A DNA stretch of 64,000 nt from a bacterium (GCA_965205865.1 CBDBHR010000026.1:192001-256000); one strand, 5' to 3'; counted from the first letter of the stretch, positions 1-11,486 are shown. Notes: generated from the letters alone by a model not told the origin. Numbers and translations: made by a program.

Positions 1-5
1 TTCTA

Positions 6-1415
6 ATGGGTTCCCGTTCGTTCTTTGAAAGCTGGGACTCCAACCGTCCCAACGTCATCAATTTCATCAACATCGGTGGAACGGACGCAAAAAAGTTTGT
101 CGTGCAATCCGTCGGGCGTGGCGTACGCATTGAAACCCTGCCGAACCAACGTCAACGTTGCGTTTTTCTACTGGACAGCAACGCAGGAAAGACACTGCAA
201 ATCCATCACAACAAAGTGCAACCTGCTGAAACGCTTTTCCTTTTCGCCACCAACCGCGGGGCGATCAAGTCCGTTCTCGAAGGACTGCAAGCGGAAAGAA
301 GTGACGTTTTTGAAAATATCACGGGCTTCACTCAAACCCCGAGACCGAAAATAAACGGGCAGGAGATGTCGCTTCTCGTTCCCGAATACAGAGAGAGCAA
401 GGATCGTGTTACAGGACAGGCAGAATTTGCTTTGAGCTGCAAAACCCTGAATCGCTTCAAAAAATGGTTGCGCCACACATCCGGCTCGGTGCTGGCCGTG
501 CGGGACAACCTGTCGAGTCGGGAAATAAAAACACTGCAAGGGGTCATGGAAGGCCGGAACGTTCAAATAAGAGCAGAGAAAAACTATACCAGCCTTCCCT
601 TCCTGCAAAGTCGACTTATCTCCCATTTTTCCCAAACAAATCAAATTGCCGATACGGTGCGGGAATTGGATGAGCAAGAGGACATTGTGCATTTCCGACA
701 AATCCGGGTGCGGTTGGACCAAGCGGAAAAGAAGGACTTGCGGGAAAAGATCAGGGCCGTGGCAAAGGGTGGTATTTCCGCAACAGAAAAGAAAAAAAGG
801 GCACGTCAATTTGCAAATGGCAAAATCGTCAGTGAAGAGTATGAAAGATACCTGAGCGGAAAGTCTGAAGAAACATTCAAAAGCTTGAAGTTAAAACACG
901 TACCCGAGCATTACTATGTTCCTCTGGTTGTCGCGAAGCATGGAATAGTCGACTTTATTCAGCACATTATCCGGGAACAAAGTGAAGTGCAGTTTCTAAA
1001 TCATCTGGAACAATGGCTGTCAAGCAACAAACCGGAATGGGATGCCTGGATGTTCAGCAAAATCGACGAATCTCTGGACAAGATTCACATACCCTATTAC
1101 GACGCCTCCACCAATGAATACGCTCGTTTCTTTCCCGATTTCATTTTCTGGATGTGTAAGGAGAACGACTATCAGATTGTTTTTGTCGACCCCAAGGGAA
1201 CGGAACACAAATCCGCGTATCTCAAAATAGACGGCTATCAAAAACTGTTTGAAGAAAACGGCAAAAGACGCAAGTTCCAATATCAAGAATATCGGGTCAG
1301 CGTCGCACTTTGGATGTTCAACAAGGAAGATACCGTACCAGCTGCTTACAAACGTTTTTGGACAAACAGTCCAGCAGATATTTTCGCCTTTGCTCCTACC
1401 CGACGGGTCAAGTGA
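6..1415 (+). CDS. Type III restriction enzyme Res subunit, C-terminal part (5' end outside the window)
   Basis: Helicase motifs V/VI-like (FFESWDSNRPNVI, QSVGRGVR) followed by a C-terminal PD-(D/E)xK nuclease motif FFPDFIFW...FVDPKG. Confidence 0.75.
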   Translation: MGSRSFFESWDSNRPNVINFINIGGTDAKKFVVQSVGRGVRIETLPNQRQRCVFLLDSNAGKTLQIHHNKVQPAETLFLFATNRGAIKSVLEGLQAERSDVFENITGFTQTPRPKINGQEMSLLVPEYRESKDRVTGQAEFALSCKTLNRFKKWLRHTSGSVLAVRDNLSSREIKTLQGVMEGRNVQIRAEKNYTSLPFLQSRLISHFSQTNQIADTVRELDEQEDIVHFRQIRVRLDQAEKKDLREKIRAVAKGGISATEKKKRARQFANGKIVSEEYERYLSGKSEETFKSLKLKHVPEHYYVPLVVAKHGIVDFIQHIIREQSEVQFLNHLEQWLSSNKPEWDAWMFSKIDESLDKIHIPYYDASTNEYARFFPDFIFWMCKENDYQIVFVDPKGTEHKSAYLKIDGYQKLFEENGKRRKFQYQEYRVSVALWMFNKEDTVPAAYKRFWTNSPADIFAFAPTRRVK

Positions 1416-1462
1416 TATTGGATTCCGCGGGGGTCTTTTCGGATTATCCAAATAGGGTTGGG

Positions 1463-1540
1463 GGCCGGGTAGAACCAGTGGTTGCCCAACCAGTCCCCCG
1501 CAGATCCGTACTTGAACAATTCGCTCATACGATTCCTCGG
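1463..1540 (-). mobile_element. Group II intron 3' remnant (domains V-VI)
   Basis: Reverse complement reads gaggaatcgtatgagcgaattgttcaagtacggatctgcgggggactggttgggcaaccactggttctacccgg, a typical DV/DVI pattern; a related copy lies at 43611-43684. Confidence 0.7.
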
Positions 1541-1701
1541 TAATTAGAGGTATTGGTACGCCTTTAACGCATAACTTTACTACCCTGCAAGCCTGTTTAG
1601 ACGTCGTGAACCCTTGGCTTGCTCTGCAATCTGTCGAAGTTTTGTTGAGATAGTTTTTTGAAATCAAAGTTTGATAGTATTTTAAAACTGTTTAAATTGA
1701 T

Positions 1702-2259
1702 CTAAACAACGACTCCAAACTCATAACGATTCACAAATAATTCAATGACAATATCATGCATTTGCCGAGATTTAGAGAAACAAATGGTTTTACGGGCTAA
1801 CCTTTTAATTCGAGTCTGCAAAGTGAGGTGTTTTCTCTCAATTTTTTGCGTATTTCTTTTTCCGATCTGATGTTTATCCGGGTCGAGGTCTCGCTCGCAG
1901 GCTCCCCAATCATTGCTATAAAAACATGGAATGTCATAGGGTTTGAGGAGTTGTTTCAGCTTGAGAAAAACTTCATCTTTTCGGCTTTCTGAGGCATAGG
2001 CTGAGACTTGACCTGTTTTGTGATCAATGGCGTGCCACAGCCAGCGCTGCTGTTGTTTCTTTCCTACAAAACTCCACATCTCATCCATTTCAGCCTCTTC
2101 GACTTTGACAATCTTGATTGTCACTTCATTGGGGGCGAGTTGATGGAGTAAATTCAGATTCACCGAATCGAGATCGGATTCTTTTTTTAATTCATTAATG
2201 ACGGTGGCAGTGCTGATCCCTGGAACCCACCGGGTATTGGGCCAATCCCCACGGCTCAC
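1702..2259 (-). pseudogene. IS1 family transposase, InsB part with truncated InsA
   Basis: AEMDEMWSFVGKKQQQRWLWHAID and TQKIERKHLTLQTRIKRLARKTICFS motifs; N-terminal zinc-finger region missing. Confidence 0.85.
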
Positions 2260-2369
2260 TGCTCAAGCAATCCCCCAAAAGTTCGTAGAGGATCAACAAC
2301 GTTTGACAGTTTATCACTTGATGATGAGACAAAAGATAACGAACGTGAGGGGGTGGTTCCTGGTTGGGA

Positions 2370-3335
2370 TCAGGGTGCGGTGGTCGCCCCATACCTTTTC
2401 CCCACGGTTTCTTTCCGCAGTATAGCCAATTCAGCGGCCAGTGCCTCTCTGCCGGCCTGCGCTTCCGGGTCCGAGGGGTAGCAGGCAAGCTCCGTTGCAA
2501 CGTCACCGGCGACTCGCGTTCCGATCATGACGCGAGCCTTGCTATAGTCGTAGGGGTTTGCGCGATGCAGGAGGACCCGGTTGTCCCAGAGGAGCGCGTC
2601 ACCTTTTTGCCATTTGTGGGTATAAACCCGGCTTTTATCCGAAACGGCAAAGTCGAGCAGGGACGTCAACAACTCCCGGCTTTCTGTTCGAGTAAGGCCG
2701 TGAATACCAAAGGCGTGGCGGCCGATAAACAGGTTCTTGACACCGGTCTCCGGATGGATTTTGACCAAGGGCCGCAGGTAGGCTTCGCCGTGATAGATAC
2801 CGTCCTTTTCCTGAGGCGGGAAGTCGCCCACATCGTTTGCCTGAGAGTATTGGGTGGAATGGTAGGCGCTCAGGTCGCGTATGCGCTCTTTGGCGCCCTC
2901 ATCGAGAGCGGCGTAAGCCGCGCGCATGTCGGCTAGTTCGGTTTCACCGCCTTCCTCCGTCACTGCCACTGCGGATAGGATAGCGCACTTGCTGCTCACC
3001 GGCTTCCAAGTCGAATCCGTGTGCCAGAATTCGTTGCCCACATTGGTGCGCATTCTCTGCGTATCCAGATCGAGAATCTCGCTATAGGACCCATCTTCGT
3101 GTTTTTGCTGATTAGCAAAGGAACTAGCGCCAAACTCCAGCTCGCCAAACCGTTCCCCGAAATGAATGCTCTCTTCGTCAGTTAAAAACTGGGCAGGAAA
3201 CAGCAGGAAACCGAACTTCAGGAAGGCAGCCTTTACCTTTGAGAATTCGGCGTCACTGAGGTTGTTCAGTTTGACATTTGTGACAACGGCACCGAACCCT
3301 TTGTTTTCGATGGGGGTTATTGTTATTTGGCTCAT
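2370..3335 (-). CDS. TauD/TfdA family Fe(II)/2-oxoglutarate dioxygenase
   Basis: WHTD (HxD) motif, GGETELADM, WDNRVLLHRA. Confidence 0.9.
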   Translation of the reverse strand: MSQITITPIENKGFGAVVTNVKLNNLSDAEFSKVKAAFLKFGFLLFPAQFLTDEESIHFGERFGELEFGASSFANQQKHEDGSYSEILDLDTQRMRTNVGNEFWHTDSTWKPVSSKCAILSAVAVTEEGGETELADMRAAYAALDEGAKERIRDLSAYHSTQYSQANDVGDFPPQEKDGIYHGEAYLRPLVKIHPETGVKNLFIGRHAFGIHGLTRTESRELLTSLLDFAVSDKSRVYTHKWQKGDALLWDNRVLLHRANPYDYSKARVMIGTRVAGDVATELACYPSDPEAQAGREALAAELAILRKETVGKRYGATTAP

Positions 3336-3419
3336 GTGACTCTGCATCCTTTTGATGGTGATAGGAAAATCAATTTTCACAAAACGTAACTATTCAGGTC
3401 TCTTAAGAACCCGTATAGT

Positions 3420-3676
3420 TAACCTGAGTTCGACATAAATCTTCAATAATATGAGTATCCTAGTTTATATGTCATCCTCGCGAAACTTATCCCCGCCAAA
3501 CTTGTCCTCGCGAAAGCGGGGAGCGGGAATCCGGATTTCAATCTGGCTGCATACCTCCGGATTCCTGCTCCCTGCTTTCGCAGGGACAAGCTTTGCAAGA
3601 ATGACAAGGTTTCTCTAAGATATGAAGATTCTATAACATATTGAATTTATTAAATTCTTATCTCGAACTCAGGTTA
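3420..3676. mobile_element. MITE-like element with terminal inverted repeats and an internal REP-like palindrome
   Basis: taacctgagttcgacataa ... ttatctcgaactcaggtta; internal arms gtcctcgcgaaagcggggagcgggaatccgg / ccggattcctgctccctgctttcgcagggac. Confidence 0.65.
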
Positions 3677-3678
3677 GT

Positions 3679-3887
3679 TAGTGCTTGGCCGAAAATTAGA
3701 TAACTACATGATATTTAATGGTATTCACCTATTTTCAAGAAACGAAGATTTTGGGGAAACTCATCAAAAATCCCATTTTTTGCTGATTTTGGCCATCTGA
3801 ACACTGTATCAAACAAATCTTCATCCTGTGAAATTGAAGAAATATCATTTAATATCAGCAATTTGACTATTTTTCTGCCAAGCACTA
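3679..3887. mobile_element. Second adjacent MITE-like element with ~47 bp imperfect TIRs
   Basis: tagtgcttggccgaaaa...tgatatttaatggtatt versus aatatcatttaatatca...ttttctgccaagcacta; no ORF inside. Confidence 0.65.
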
Positions 3888-4787
3888 GTTAAATAAAGTT
3901 GGAAAAATTCACGGGGGGATCCATCGTTTTGACGTCCTCCCATGATATTGTTCAATCAATCGGTTGGGAAGCCTCTCCTTCCCTAAAACAACAAGACATG
4001 ATCTTGGCACTATTACTTAATTACTACGCAGGGTCAAGCCCCAAATGAAAAAAATGCGGAATTCGTAAAAAAAAATAATAAATAATAAATCCGGGAGATC
4101 CACTCCTTTATGATATGGATAAAGCAAATGGAGCTATTGGGGAACAAATACGGAAGATTAAAAAAATTCCTTAAGCAAGTCAGAATCAGGAGGATTGCGT
4201 AACAATGGAGGTCAGCTATAAAAAATCTTTAGCGGTCCATCTTCGGCATGAGCCAAAAAGCGAAGATAGGGGTCAAGCCTTTTTTTGCTTTCTATTGCAA
4301 TAATACGTAACAACCAAAAGCAACCCGATGTCTGTGGTACTATGTCATGTGTCGGTGTGGATTATCGAAATCGGACCCTTTCGAGGTCCGGTATCTTTGA
4401 GGATGGCGTTTTCCATATTGATAATGGGGGCGTTATAATTGACAAACCGGCTGATGAATGCGCCCTTTTTCTCATGAATCCCGGAATTTGGATAGATTCC
4501 CGAATGAGAGTTTTCCCATCTGCGTCAACCACTTCAATGTCGCCATTTTCAAAGAGAGCGCATTGTTGCTTTCCAATGAACAGAAACAGGAAGCCCACAG
4601 GGTCTTGGAGATTGATACAAATTGATACAAATTGTTACACGCAGGATAAACTTTTTTCTGGGGTTTTGTTATCCTGAAAAGAAACGAGACTCCTTCGGAC
4701 ATCCTGAAAAAAAAGCTGAATTCTCTTGCATTTGCTTACTATAATTTTTATTTTACCAAACCATCTTTCAAACTGATTGAAACAGGA

Positions 4788-6425
4788 ATGCGCATCATCA
4801 CAAACGGAAGCCTCCGGAGCAACAGGCCACACAAGAATCGGCTGAGGCAACTATACTCTATTTTTATTGTGGCATCGTTTCTGGTTTTTTCTGCGTCAAT
4901 TTTACAGGCACAGGAAACAAGCAGAAATGCTCTTCTGAAAAAATTATTAAACTTCCCAGGCTTGGAGTTTGTGGAAATAGAGAACCGTCAGATTGTCAAG
5001 CCCACCCTGAAAGCTACTTTGCAGTTGGTTTTGGAATTCAATTCCACCATCCAATCAGCTCTTCTGGCAGAAGAAATTGCCACCAGTGCCCTGCGGTCGG
5101 CAGAAAAGCGCAACAATCCGGTTCTGAAACATTCCTTCAGTTTAAATCGAACGGTTGATGCCTCTTTCAACTCTTCCGGTGACACGCCTCCTTCTTTGAA
5201 CGTCAATCTCAACGATTCCCATACTTTATCTTCCCGGTTGTCCCAAAAAGTGTCCAACGGGGTAAGCTATTCGGCCACATTTTCCGAAAGAACCAACCAG
5301 CGCAGAAGTTTCACGCTCCTGGAGGAGGGCAAGCTGGAAAAGAGGGGAGAGGCAAATGATCCTTTGGTTTCTTCTTCTTTGATTTTGGGCATTTCAGTGC
5401 CCATCTACCAGGATTGGGGAAGCATCAACGAAATCCCGGTCATGCGGAGCAGAGTGGGGGTGCAGATGAGCAAAGTGAGTACCAACCAGACCAAACTACG
5501 GATCCTGGAAGTATTCGCCCGCATTTATTGGGATTTGGCAGGACTGTGGAAAACCCGAGAACTCCTTACAAACGCTATCACGCTGGCCCAGCAACTCGTC
5601 CGGGAAAACCGGGTTCGTTTGGAGGCGGGAGTGATCACAACAGTGGATCTCAAGCAAAGTGAAATCCAGCTGTTCAGAACCCAACAGCAACTGCTGGAAA
5701 TCGACAACCAAATTCGTACGATAGAAGATCAAGTCAAAGTCGCATTGCATCTGGAAGACCTGCCCCATGGCATTTTACCAAGAGATACCCCACAAATGCG
5801 ACAAATACGCTTCCAATTTAAAGAAGAACTGCAGAAAGTCTGGGAGAATTCGTTGGAATTGAAGGCATTGGAGGCTCAGATCCAAAACAACGACTATGAT
5901 TTGCAAGACGCCTTGAACCAGGACGCGCCTGATCTGGATTTGAATTTAAGCTATACTTTTCAAGGTGTTGGGGGTGATTTTTCCAGGACTTTTGAAACGT
6001 ATGACCAACCTCTGGCACATGGGTATCATATCGAGTTGACCTGGTCGATGCCTTTGTTTGACCACAAAACACCGGAGTTGATCAAACGGAAAAAACTGGA
6101 GCGTACGCAATTGCAAATTCAGAAGGCCAATCTGAAAGACGATTTGTTGATCGAGTTGAAAACCATAGATCGTAATCTGCGATTTACCGAGCAAGACATC
6201 AGTAACGCCGTAGCGATTCGCGAATTGGCCCATGACGTGCTAAGGCAGGAAGTCGAAAAACAGGAACTTGGCCAAAGTACGGGTTTTCAAGTGGCCCAGG
6301 CCCAGCAGGAGTTGATTGCTGCTCAAAGCAGCGAGATTCAAAGCCTGATTAATCAAGAAAAAATTCACTTGTCCTTAATAATCCTCACAGGGGATATATT
6401 TGAACGGTTTCAAATTCCCCGTTAA
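4788..6425 (+). CDS. TolC family outer membrane efflux protein
   Basis: Signal peptide, two OEP-like repeats, first gene of an OMP-MFP-RND operon. Confidence 0.85.
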   Translation: MRIITNGSLRSNRPHKNRLRQLYSIFIVASFLVFSASILQAQETSRNALLKKLLNFPGLEFVEIENRQIVKPTLKATLQLVLEFNSTIQSALLAEEIATSALRSAEKRNNPVLKHSFSLNRTVDASFNSSGDTPPSLNVNLNDSHTLSSRLSQKVSNGVSYSATFSERTNQRRSFTLLEEGKLEKRGEANDPLVSSSLILGISVPIYQDWGSINEIPVMRSRVGVQMSKVSTNQTKLRILEVFARIYWDLAGLWKTRELLTNAITLAQQLVRENRVRLEAGVITTVDLKQSEIQLFRTQQQLLEIDNQIRTIEDQVKVALHLEDLPHGILPRDTPQMRQIRFQFKEELQKVWENSLELKALEAQIQNNDYDLQDALNQDAPDLDLNLSYTFQGVGGDFSRTFETYDQPLAHGYHIELTWSMPLFDHKTPELIKRKKLERTQLQIQKANLKDDLLIELKTIDRNLRFTEQDISNAVAIRELAHDVLRQEVEKQELGQSTGFQVAQAQQELIAAQSSEIQSLINQEKIHLSLIILTGDIFERFQIPR

Positions 6426-6472
6426 CCTTGTCCTCGCGAAAGCGGGGAATGAACCTCCATTCAGGAAGTATT

Positions 6473-7531
6473 ATGAAATCAAGAGTTGTATTAAAGAAAC
6501 TGGCGATAATTGCTGTTACGCTGAGCATGGCCTCAGGCGTTATGGCGCAAAGTAAATCGATCACCAATGTGGAAACCCTGGAATTGGCATCCCGTCAATT
6601 GACCGTGCATAGTTCTTATGTAGGACATCTCCAACCGCTGGAGCGCGTTGTGATTCGTGCCGAAGCAGAAGGGATTATCGAAAAAATATATTTCGATGAG
6701 GGACAACCCGTGAAAAAAGGGAATACTCTTGTTGATATCTCGACCGAACGCCTGGCGCTGAACGTCAAACTGGCCAAAGCCAACTATGATCTGGCGGAAT
6801 CAGATTATAAAACGGAAAAGCTCCTCTTTGATCGCAACGTAGCTACGGCCGCAAATGTCGATTCCAGGCGCACCAACCGTGACGTGAGAAAGATCAACTT
6901 GGAACTGGCCCAGTTGGATTTGGATAAATCCCATGTCAAAGCCTCTATTTCCGGAGTCGTCAAAACCAAACATCTGGATGAAGGAGAACTCGCCAATCGA
7001 GGAGGCAATCTTTTCGAAATCATGGACATCTCGAAAGTTTTGGCTGCAATCAATATTCCCGAAAGAGAAATACGATTTGTTTCTCCTCAGAAAGAAGTGA
7101 AGATTCGGATTGACGCCATTCCGGGAACGGTATTCAATGGAACGGTGCATACCCTTGGATTGGAAGCGGATTTGCAAAATCGCAGTTTCCCGGCCGAAAT
7201 CCTGCTCGACAATCCCACTCGTCAGTTGCTCCCTGGCATGATGGCCCGAGTGGAAATGGTCACCATGGCTGAACCCAGCGAGATCATTATTCCCAGCTAT
7301 GCCATCCTGGAACGGGAAGCAAATCGCATCGTCTTTATCGAGAAGAATGGAATGGCGATCGAAAGACCGGTCATTTTGGGCACTGTCGTTAAAGATGAAG
7401 TACAAGTCCTTTCCGGATTGCAAAGTGGCGACAAACTGATTGTCACCGGTCAGCATTTCCTGACCAATGAAGAAAAGGTCACTGTGGTGAAAGCATTTAA
7501 GCAAAAACCAGAAACTCCTAGTTCCAAGTAG
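6473..7531 (+). CDS. RND efflux periplasmic adaptor (MFP)
   Basis: Lipoyl-like halves (IEKIYFDEGQPVKKG, VKASISGVV) and LLPGMMARV motif. Confidence 0.9.
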   Translation: MKSRVVLKKLAIIAVTLSMASGVMAQSKSITNVETLELASRQLTVHSSYVGHLQPLERVVIRAEAEGIIEKIYFDEGQPVKKGNTLVDISTERLALNVKLAKANYDLAESDYKTEKLLFDRNVATAANVDSRRTNRDVRKINLELAQLDLDKSHVKASISGVVKTKHLDEGELANRGGNLFEIMDISKVLAAINIPEREIRFVSPQKEVKIRIDAIPGTVFNGTVHTLGLEADLQNRSFPAEILLDNPTRQLLPGMMARVEMVTMAEPSEIIIPSYAILEREANRIVFIEKNGMAIERPVILGTVVKDEVQVLSGLQSGDKLIVTGQHFLTNEEKVTVVKAFKQKPETPSSK

Positions 7532-7539
7532 CGGCAGTC

Positions 7540-10500
7540 ATGGAATTCATACCCAGCAAATTCGCTATTCACAAACCCGCCACCATGTTTATTTTGATGC
7601 TCCTGGTGATTTTTGCCGGAGCATCAGCCTATCGCTCCCTACCTCGGGAAGCCTCGCCTGATATCCAGATTCCTCTGATTATCGTCAATGTTCCCTTCCC
7701 GGGAGCCTCTCCCAGGGACGTGGAATCGCAAATCATCAATAAACTGGAAAAGGAACTGCAAAATATTGATCATTTGAAGGAGATGAAATCCACAGCGATG
7801 GACGGAGCTGCAGTTGTGCAACTGGAATTCACCCCTGATTTCAATATTGATGACGCGATGGATGAAGTGCGAGAAAAACTGGATCAAGTGGAGCCGGAGT
7901 TGCCGGAGGATGCGGAGGATGCGGTGTTGCGCGAAATCAATCTCTCGGAAGAGCCGATTCTGATCGTCAATCTTTCCGGAGCATTCGGGCTGGTCAACTT
8001 AAAAATGATCGCCGACGATCTCAAGGACCGTATTGAAAGCGTCCCCGGAGTTTTGGAAGTGAGGCGCATTGGCGGATTGGAAAAGGAAGTGCAGGTCAAC
8101 GTCGATCCCGACAAGTTGCGATATTACAACCTCGATTTGAACATGGTTTCCGATACGATAAGTGCGGAGAATCGCAGCATTCCCGGAGGGACCATGAATG
8201 TGGGTCGCATGCGCTATCTGATCAACGTCCCGGGAGAAGTGCGCGAGATTGCAGAAATTCGAAACATGATCATCACTGCCCCGGGCTACGGAGCAGTCTC
8301 GATCAAAGATCTTGCTGAAGTGGAATTCACCTTCAAGGAAGTGGAAAGCCGCTCCCGCTTGAATGGTTTGGAGTCGGTTTCTCTGGAAATTTCAAAACGC
8401 AGCGGGGAAAACCTGACCCGCATTTCCAAGCAAATCAAAGAAATCGTCCAAGAGGAAGAAGCCATCTATGGCGGGAAAGTCAGATACACATTCTTGAACG
8501 ACCACTCCGAATTTGTCGATCGCCTTGTCAGTGACCTGGAGAATAACATTTTCACCGGAATCATATTTGTCTGTGTGGTACTGCTATTGGTGATGGGGGG
8601 GCGAAATTCATTGTTCGTGGGATTGGCCATTCCATTTTCCATGCTGATGAGTTTCATGATCCTGCAGTGGGCGGGCATCACTCTCAATTTTGTCGTGCTC
8701 TTCAGCCTGATCCTGGCTTTGGGAATGTTGGTGGACAATGCCATTGTGGTGGTAGAGAATATTTACCGTCACGTGCAATCCGGCAAGCCGAGGAAAGAAG
8801 CGGCAGTGATTGGGGTCAGTGAAGTCGCGTTTCCTGTCATCTCCTCCACCATCACGACCCTGGTAGCCTTCTTTCCTTTGATTTTCATGCCTGGCATCAT
8901 GGGCGAATTCATGAATTACTTGCCCAAAACCCTCATCATCGCCCTGTCCTGTTCATTGGTTGTCGCTCTGATTTTCAATCCGGTGATTTGTTCCACATTG
9001 ATGAAGCGTCCCAAACATCAACAAGGTGTTCTGGACGAGCTAACCCTGGTGGAAAAATCCAAATTTTTGGTTCGTTATCGCACAATATTGAGTTGGGCTC
9101 TGCGGCACCCTTGGCTTTCTTTGCTGATACTGGCAGCTTTTTGGTGGGGGGTCGCGCTATTTTATTTTATGGTCAGCAATCCTGAGAACAAGACCGAATT
9201 CTTTCCGGTACAGGAACCTCAAAGTGCCATTGTACGCATTGATGCGCCTTATGGTACCAATCTGAATAGTGCTGATAAAATCGTCAAAAATGTTGAAAGT
9301 GACGTGCTGTCCTATGAGAAACATACCGATGCGATTATTGCCAACGTTGGGGAGAGTAACCGTCCCTGGGAAAGCCGCATCCGCCTTGCTTTTCCGGACT
9401 GGCAGGGATGGAAAGAATTGCGTCCCTCGGATGTGATCGAAGAAATCAGAGCGTTTCTGCCAAAATTCGTGGGGGCCGAAGTTCGACTGACACAGCAGGA
9501 AATGGGGCCACCGGCAGGGAGAGCCGTCAACATTGAATTGACCGGAAAAAACTTTGGCTTAATCAACACGGCTGCTGATGGCATCATGGAGCGTGTCAGA
9601 GAAGTGAAAGGACTGGTCAATCTTGAAAGCGATTTTGAAACCAACCGTTCCGAAATCAGGGTGATCATCGACCGCGATAAAATAGCGCGTCACGGTTTAA
9701 GGACGACGCAAGTAGCCAGTTTGATCCGGGCGGCTTTCAATGGCAGAGACGTTTCCACCTATCGTCTGGGACAGGACGAGTACGATATTATAGTGCGACT
9801 TGACGAGCAATTTCGGCAATACGATACCGACCTGGCATCGCTTTACATTTTGACGCCGGAAGGTGCTTCTATCCCCTTGAGCGAACTGGCTTCCGTGAGC
9901 AGAAAACCTACGACGGGTTCTCTCCGCCATATCGATCTGAAACGGGTGATCACGGTGACGGGAGATGCCTCCAAAGAGCGCTCCGGAGCTGATATTTTGC
10001 GGGAAATTCAAACTCTGCTACAAGACTTTTCCCAGCCGGAAGGGATTTCGATTTCCTACACGGGAGCCAATCAGGAACAACAGGAATCCCAGGAATTTTT
10101 GGTACAAAGTTTCATCGTTGCCCTGTTCTTGATTTTCATGGTGCTGGTCACGCAATTCAATTCCCTGACACTGCCTTTTGTCATCCTGGCATCGGTCTTT
10201 GCCTCCATCAGTGGCGTTTTCCTGGGCATGATCGTCCATGGCCTGCCCATCAGCATTTTGATGGGGGGGATTGGCACCATTTCGCTGGCTGGTATTGTCG
10301 TCAACAATGCGATTGTCTTGATTGCTTACATCAATCAACTGAGGGCCCGTGGAATGTCCCGTCAAGATGCAGTGGTACTGGCAGGGATGGTACGGCTTCG
10401 TCCGGTAGTGCTCACTGCGGTTACTACACTTTTGGGGTTGCTTCCCATCACCATGGGGATGGACATCAATTTTTACCGTTGGCCTGACGTCTTGGTTTTT

Positions 10501-10707
10501 GGTTCGGAAGGAGGCACCTTCTGGAAGCCCATGAACTTTGCTGTCATGTACGGTCTCTCGATTGCCACATTCATGACCTTGTTCATGGTGCCAATTCTTT
10601 ATTCCCTCAACGATGCGGCCAAAGAAAAACTGAAAACCCGGCTCAATCGCTTCAGTCAGTCAAAAGAGCCGCCTGCTCCCGCTCTCACGGAGGCGCCGCA
10701 ACCTTGA
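7540..10707 (+). CDS. AcrB/AcrD/AcrF family RND transporter
   Basis: 1055 aa; LGMLVDNAIVVVENIYRH, GIVVNNAIVL, RLRPVVLT motifs. Confidence 0.95.
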   Translation: MEFIPSKFAIHKPATMFILMLLVIFAGASAYRSLPREASPDIQIPLIIVNVPFPGASPRDVESQIINKLEKELQNIDHLKEMKSTAMDGAAVVQLEFTPDFNIDDAMDEVREKLDQVEPELPEDAEDAVLREINLSEEPILIVNLSGAFGLVNLKMIADDLKDRIESVPGVLEVRRIGGLEKEVQVNVDPDKLRYYNLDLNMVSDTISAENRSIPGGTMNVGRMRYLINVPGEVREIAEIRNMIITAPGYGAVSIKDLAEVEFTFKEVESRSRLNGLESVSLEISKRSGENLTRISKQIKEIVQEEEAIYGGKVRYTFLNDHSEFVDRLVSDLENNIFTGIIFVCVVLLLVMGGRNSLFVGLAIPFSMLMSFMILQWAGITLNFVVLFSLILALGMLVDNAIVVVENIYRHVQSGKPRKEAAVIGVSEVAFPVISSTITTLVAFFPLIFMPGIMGEFMNYLPKTLIIALSCSLVVALIFNPVICSTLMKRPKHQQGVLDELTLVEKSKFLVRYRTILSWALRHPWLSLLILAAFWWGVALFYFMVSNPENKTEFFPVQEPQSAIVRIDAPYGTNLNSADKIVKNVESDVLSYEKHTDAIIANVGESNRPWESRIRLAFPDWQGWKELRPSDVIEEIRAFLPKFVGAEVRLTQQEMGPPAGRAVNIELTGKNFGLINTAADGIMERVREVKGLVNLESDFETNRSEIRVIIDRDKIARHGLRTTQVASLIRAAFNGRDVSTYRLGQDEYDIIVRLDEQFRQYDTDLASLYILTPEGASIPLSELASVSRKPTTGSLRHIDLKRVITVTGDASKERSGADILREIQTLLQDFSQPEGISISYTGANQEQQESQEFLVQSFIVALFLIFMVLVTQFNSLTLPFVILASVFASISGVFLGMIVHGLPISILMGGIGTISLAGIVVNNAIVLIAYINQLRARGMSRQDAVVLAGMVRLRPVVLTAVTTLLGLLPITMGMDINFYRWPDVLVFGSEGGTFWKPMNFAVMYGLSIATFMTLFMVPILYSLNDAAKEKLKTRLNRFSQSKEPPAPALTEAPQP

Positions 10708-10917
10708 ATCCGGCAATTCGTTCTATTGTGGATGATGACGTTTTATTTACTCTGCCGGAAGTGCTTTTTCCCGAATTAGTAGTGCAAGTTATACTCGAAT
10801 CTGGTAGAAATACTCTCTTGGACTCAGAAAGTTCCAAGCGGCTCAAAAATAGTTTTTAAGCCGCCCCTCGATTTTTTGAACGACACTCATGATGAGTCGA
10901 TTCACACCACAGTTCCG

Positions 10918-11442
10918 ATGATAAAACAAAATTCTTATACCCATGAAGAACTCATAAAATGTGGGTATGGTGAAATTTTCGGAGAAGGCAACGCCCGTTT
11001 GCCAATTCCTCCCATGCTGATGATGGATCGTATTGTTAAAATAAGGGAGGATACGGGGTTTTATGCAAATGGAGAAATGATTGCGGAATTGGATATCAAA
11101 CCGGAGTTGTGGTTCTTTGACTGTCATTTCCAGTCCGATCCCGTGATGCCGGGATGTCTCGGACTCGATGCCATGTGGCAGATGGTAGGCTTCTTTCTGG
11201 GATGGAAAGGACTTCCCGGAAAAGGTCGAGCCATGGGAGTGAAAGAAGTTAAATTCAAAGGACAAGTCCTGCGTACTGCAAAAAAAGTCGTCTACCAAAT
11301 CGACATTCGAAGGACATTTGTACGAAAAAAATTCGCCATGGGATTGGGAGACGGTACCATGATGGTAGACGACCGCCTGATCTATACCGCCAAAGACTTG
11401 CAAGTCGGCCTTTATATTTCAATCGACGATTACGATAAATGA
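10918..11442 (+). CDS. fabA: 3-hydroxyacyl-ACP dehydratase/isomerase FabA
   Basis: [12 protein letters not shown] and [24 protein letters not shown] (FabA-type catalytic Asp). Confidence 0.93.
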   Translation: MIKQNSYTHEELIKCGYGEIFGEGNARLPIPPMLMMDRIVKIREDTGFYANGEMIAELDIKPELWFFDCHFQSDPVMPGCLGLDAMWQMVGFFLGWKGLPGKGRAMGVKEVKFKGQVLRTAKKVVYQIDIRRTFVRKKFAMGLGDGTMMVDDRLIYTAKDLQVGLYISIDDYDK

Positions 11443-11449
11443 TTGGCAA

Positions 11450-11486
11450 ATCTATAATGCCAAAGACTTACAAGTCGGCCTTTATC
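11450..11486 (+). repeat. Diverged direct duplication of the fabA 3' region (11380-11416)
   Basis: atctataccgccaaagacttgcaagtcggcctttat versus atctataatgccaaagacttacaagtcggcctttat. Confidence 0.85.

Noticed and set aside
4285-4702. Short ORFs upstream of tolC
   Set aside because: Overlapping short frames on both strands without recognisable motifs; possibly a gene remnant but unsupported
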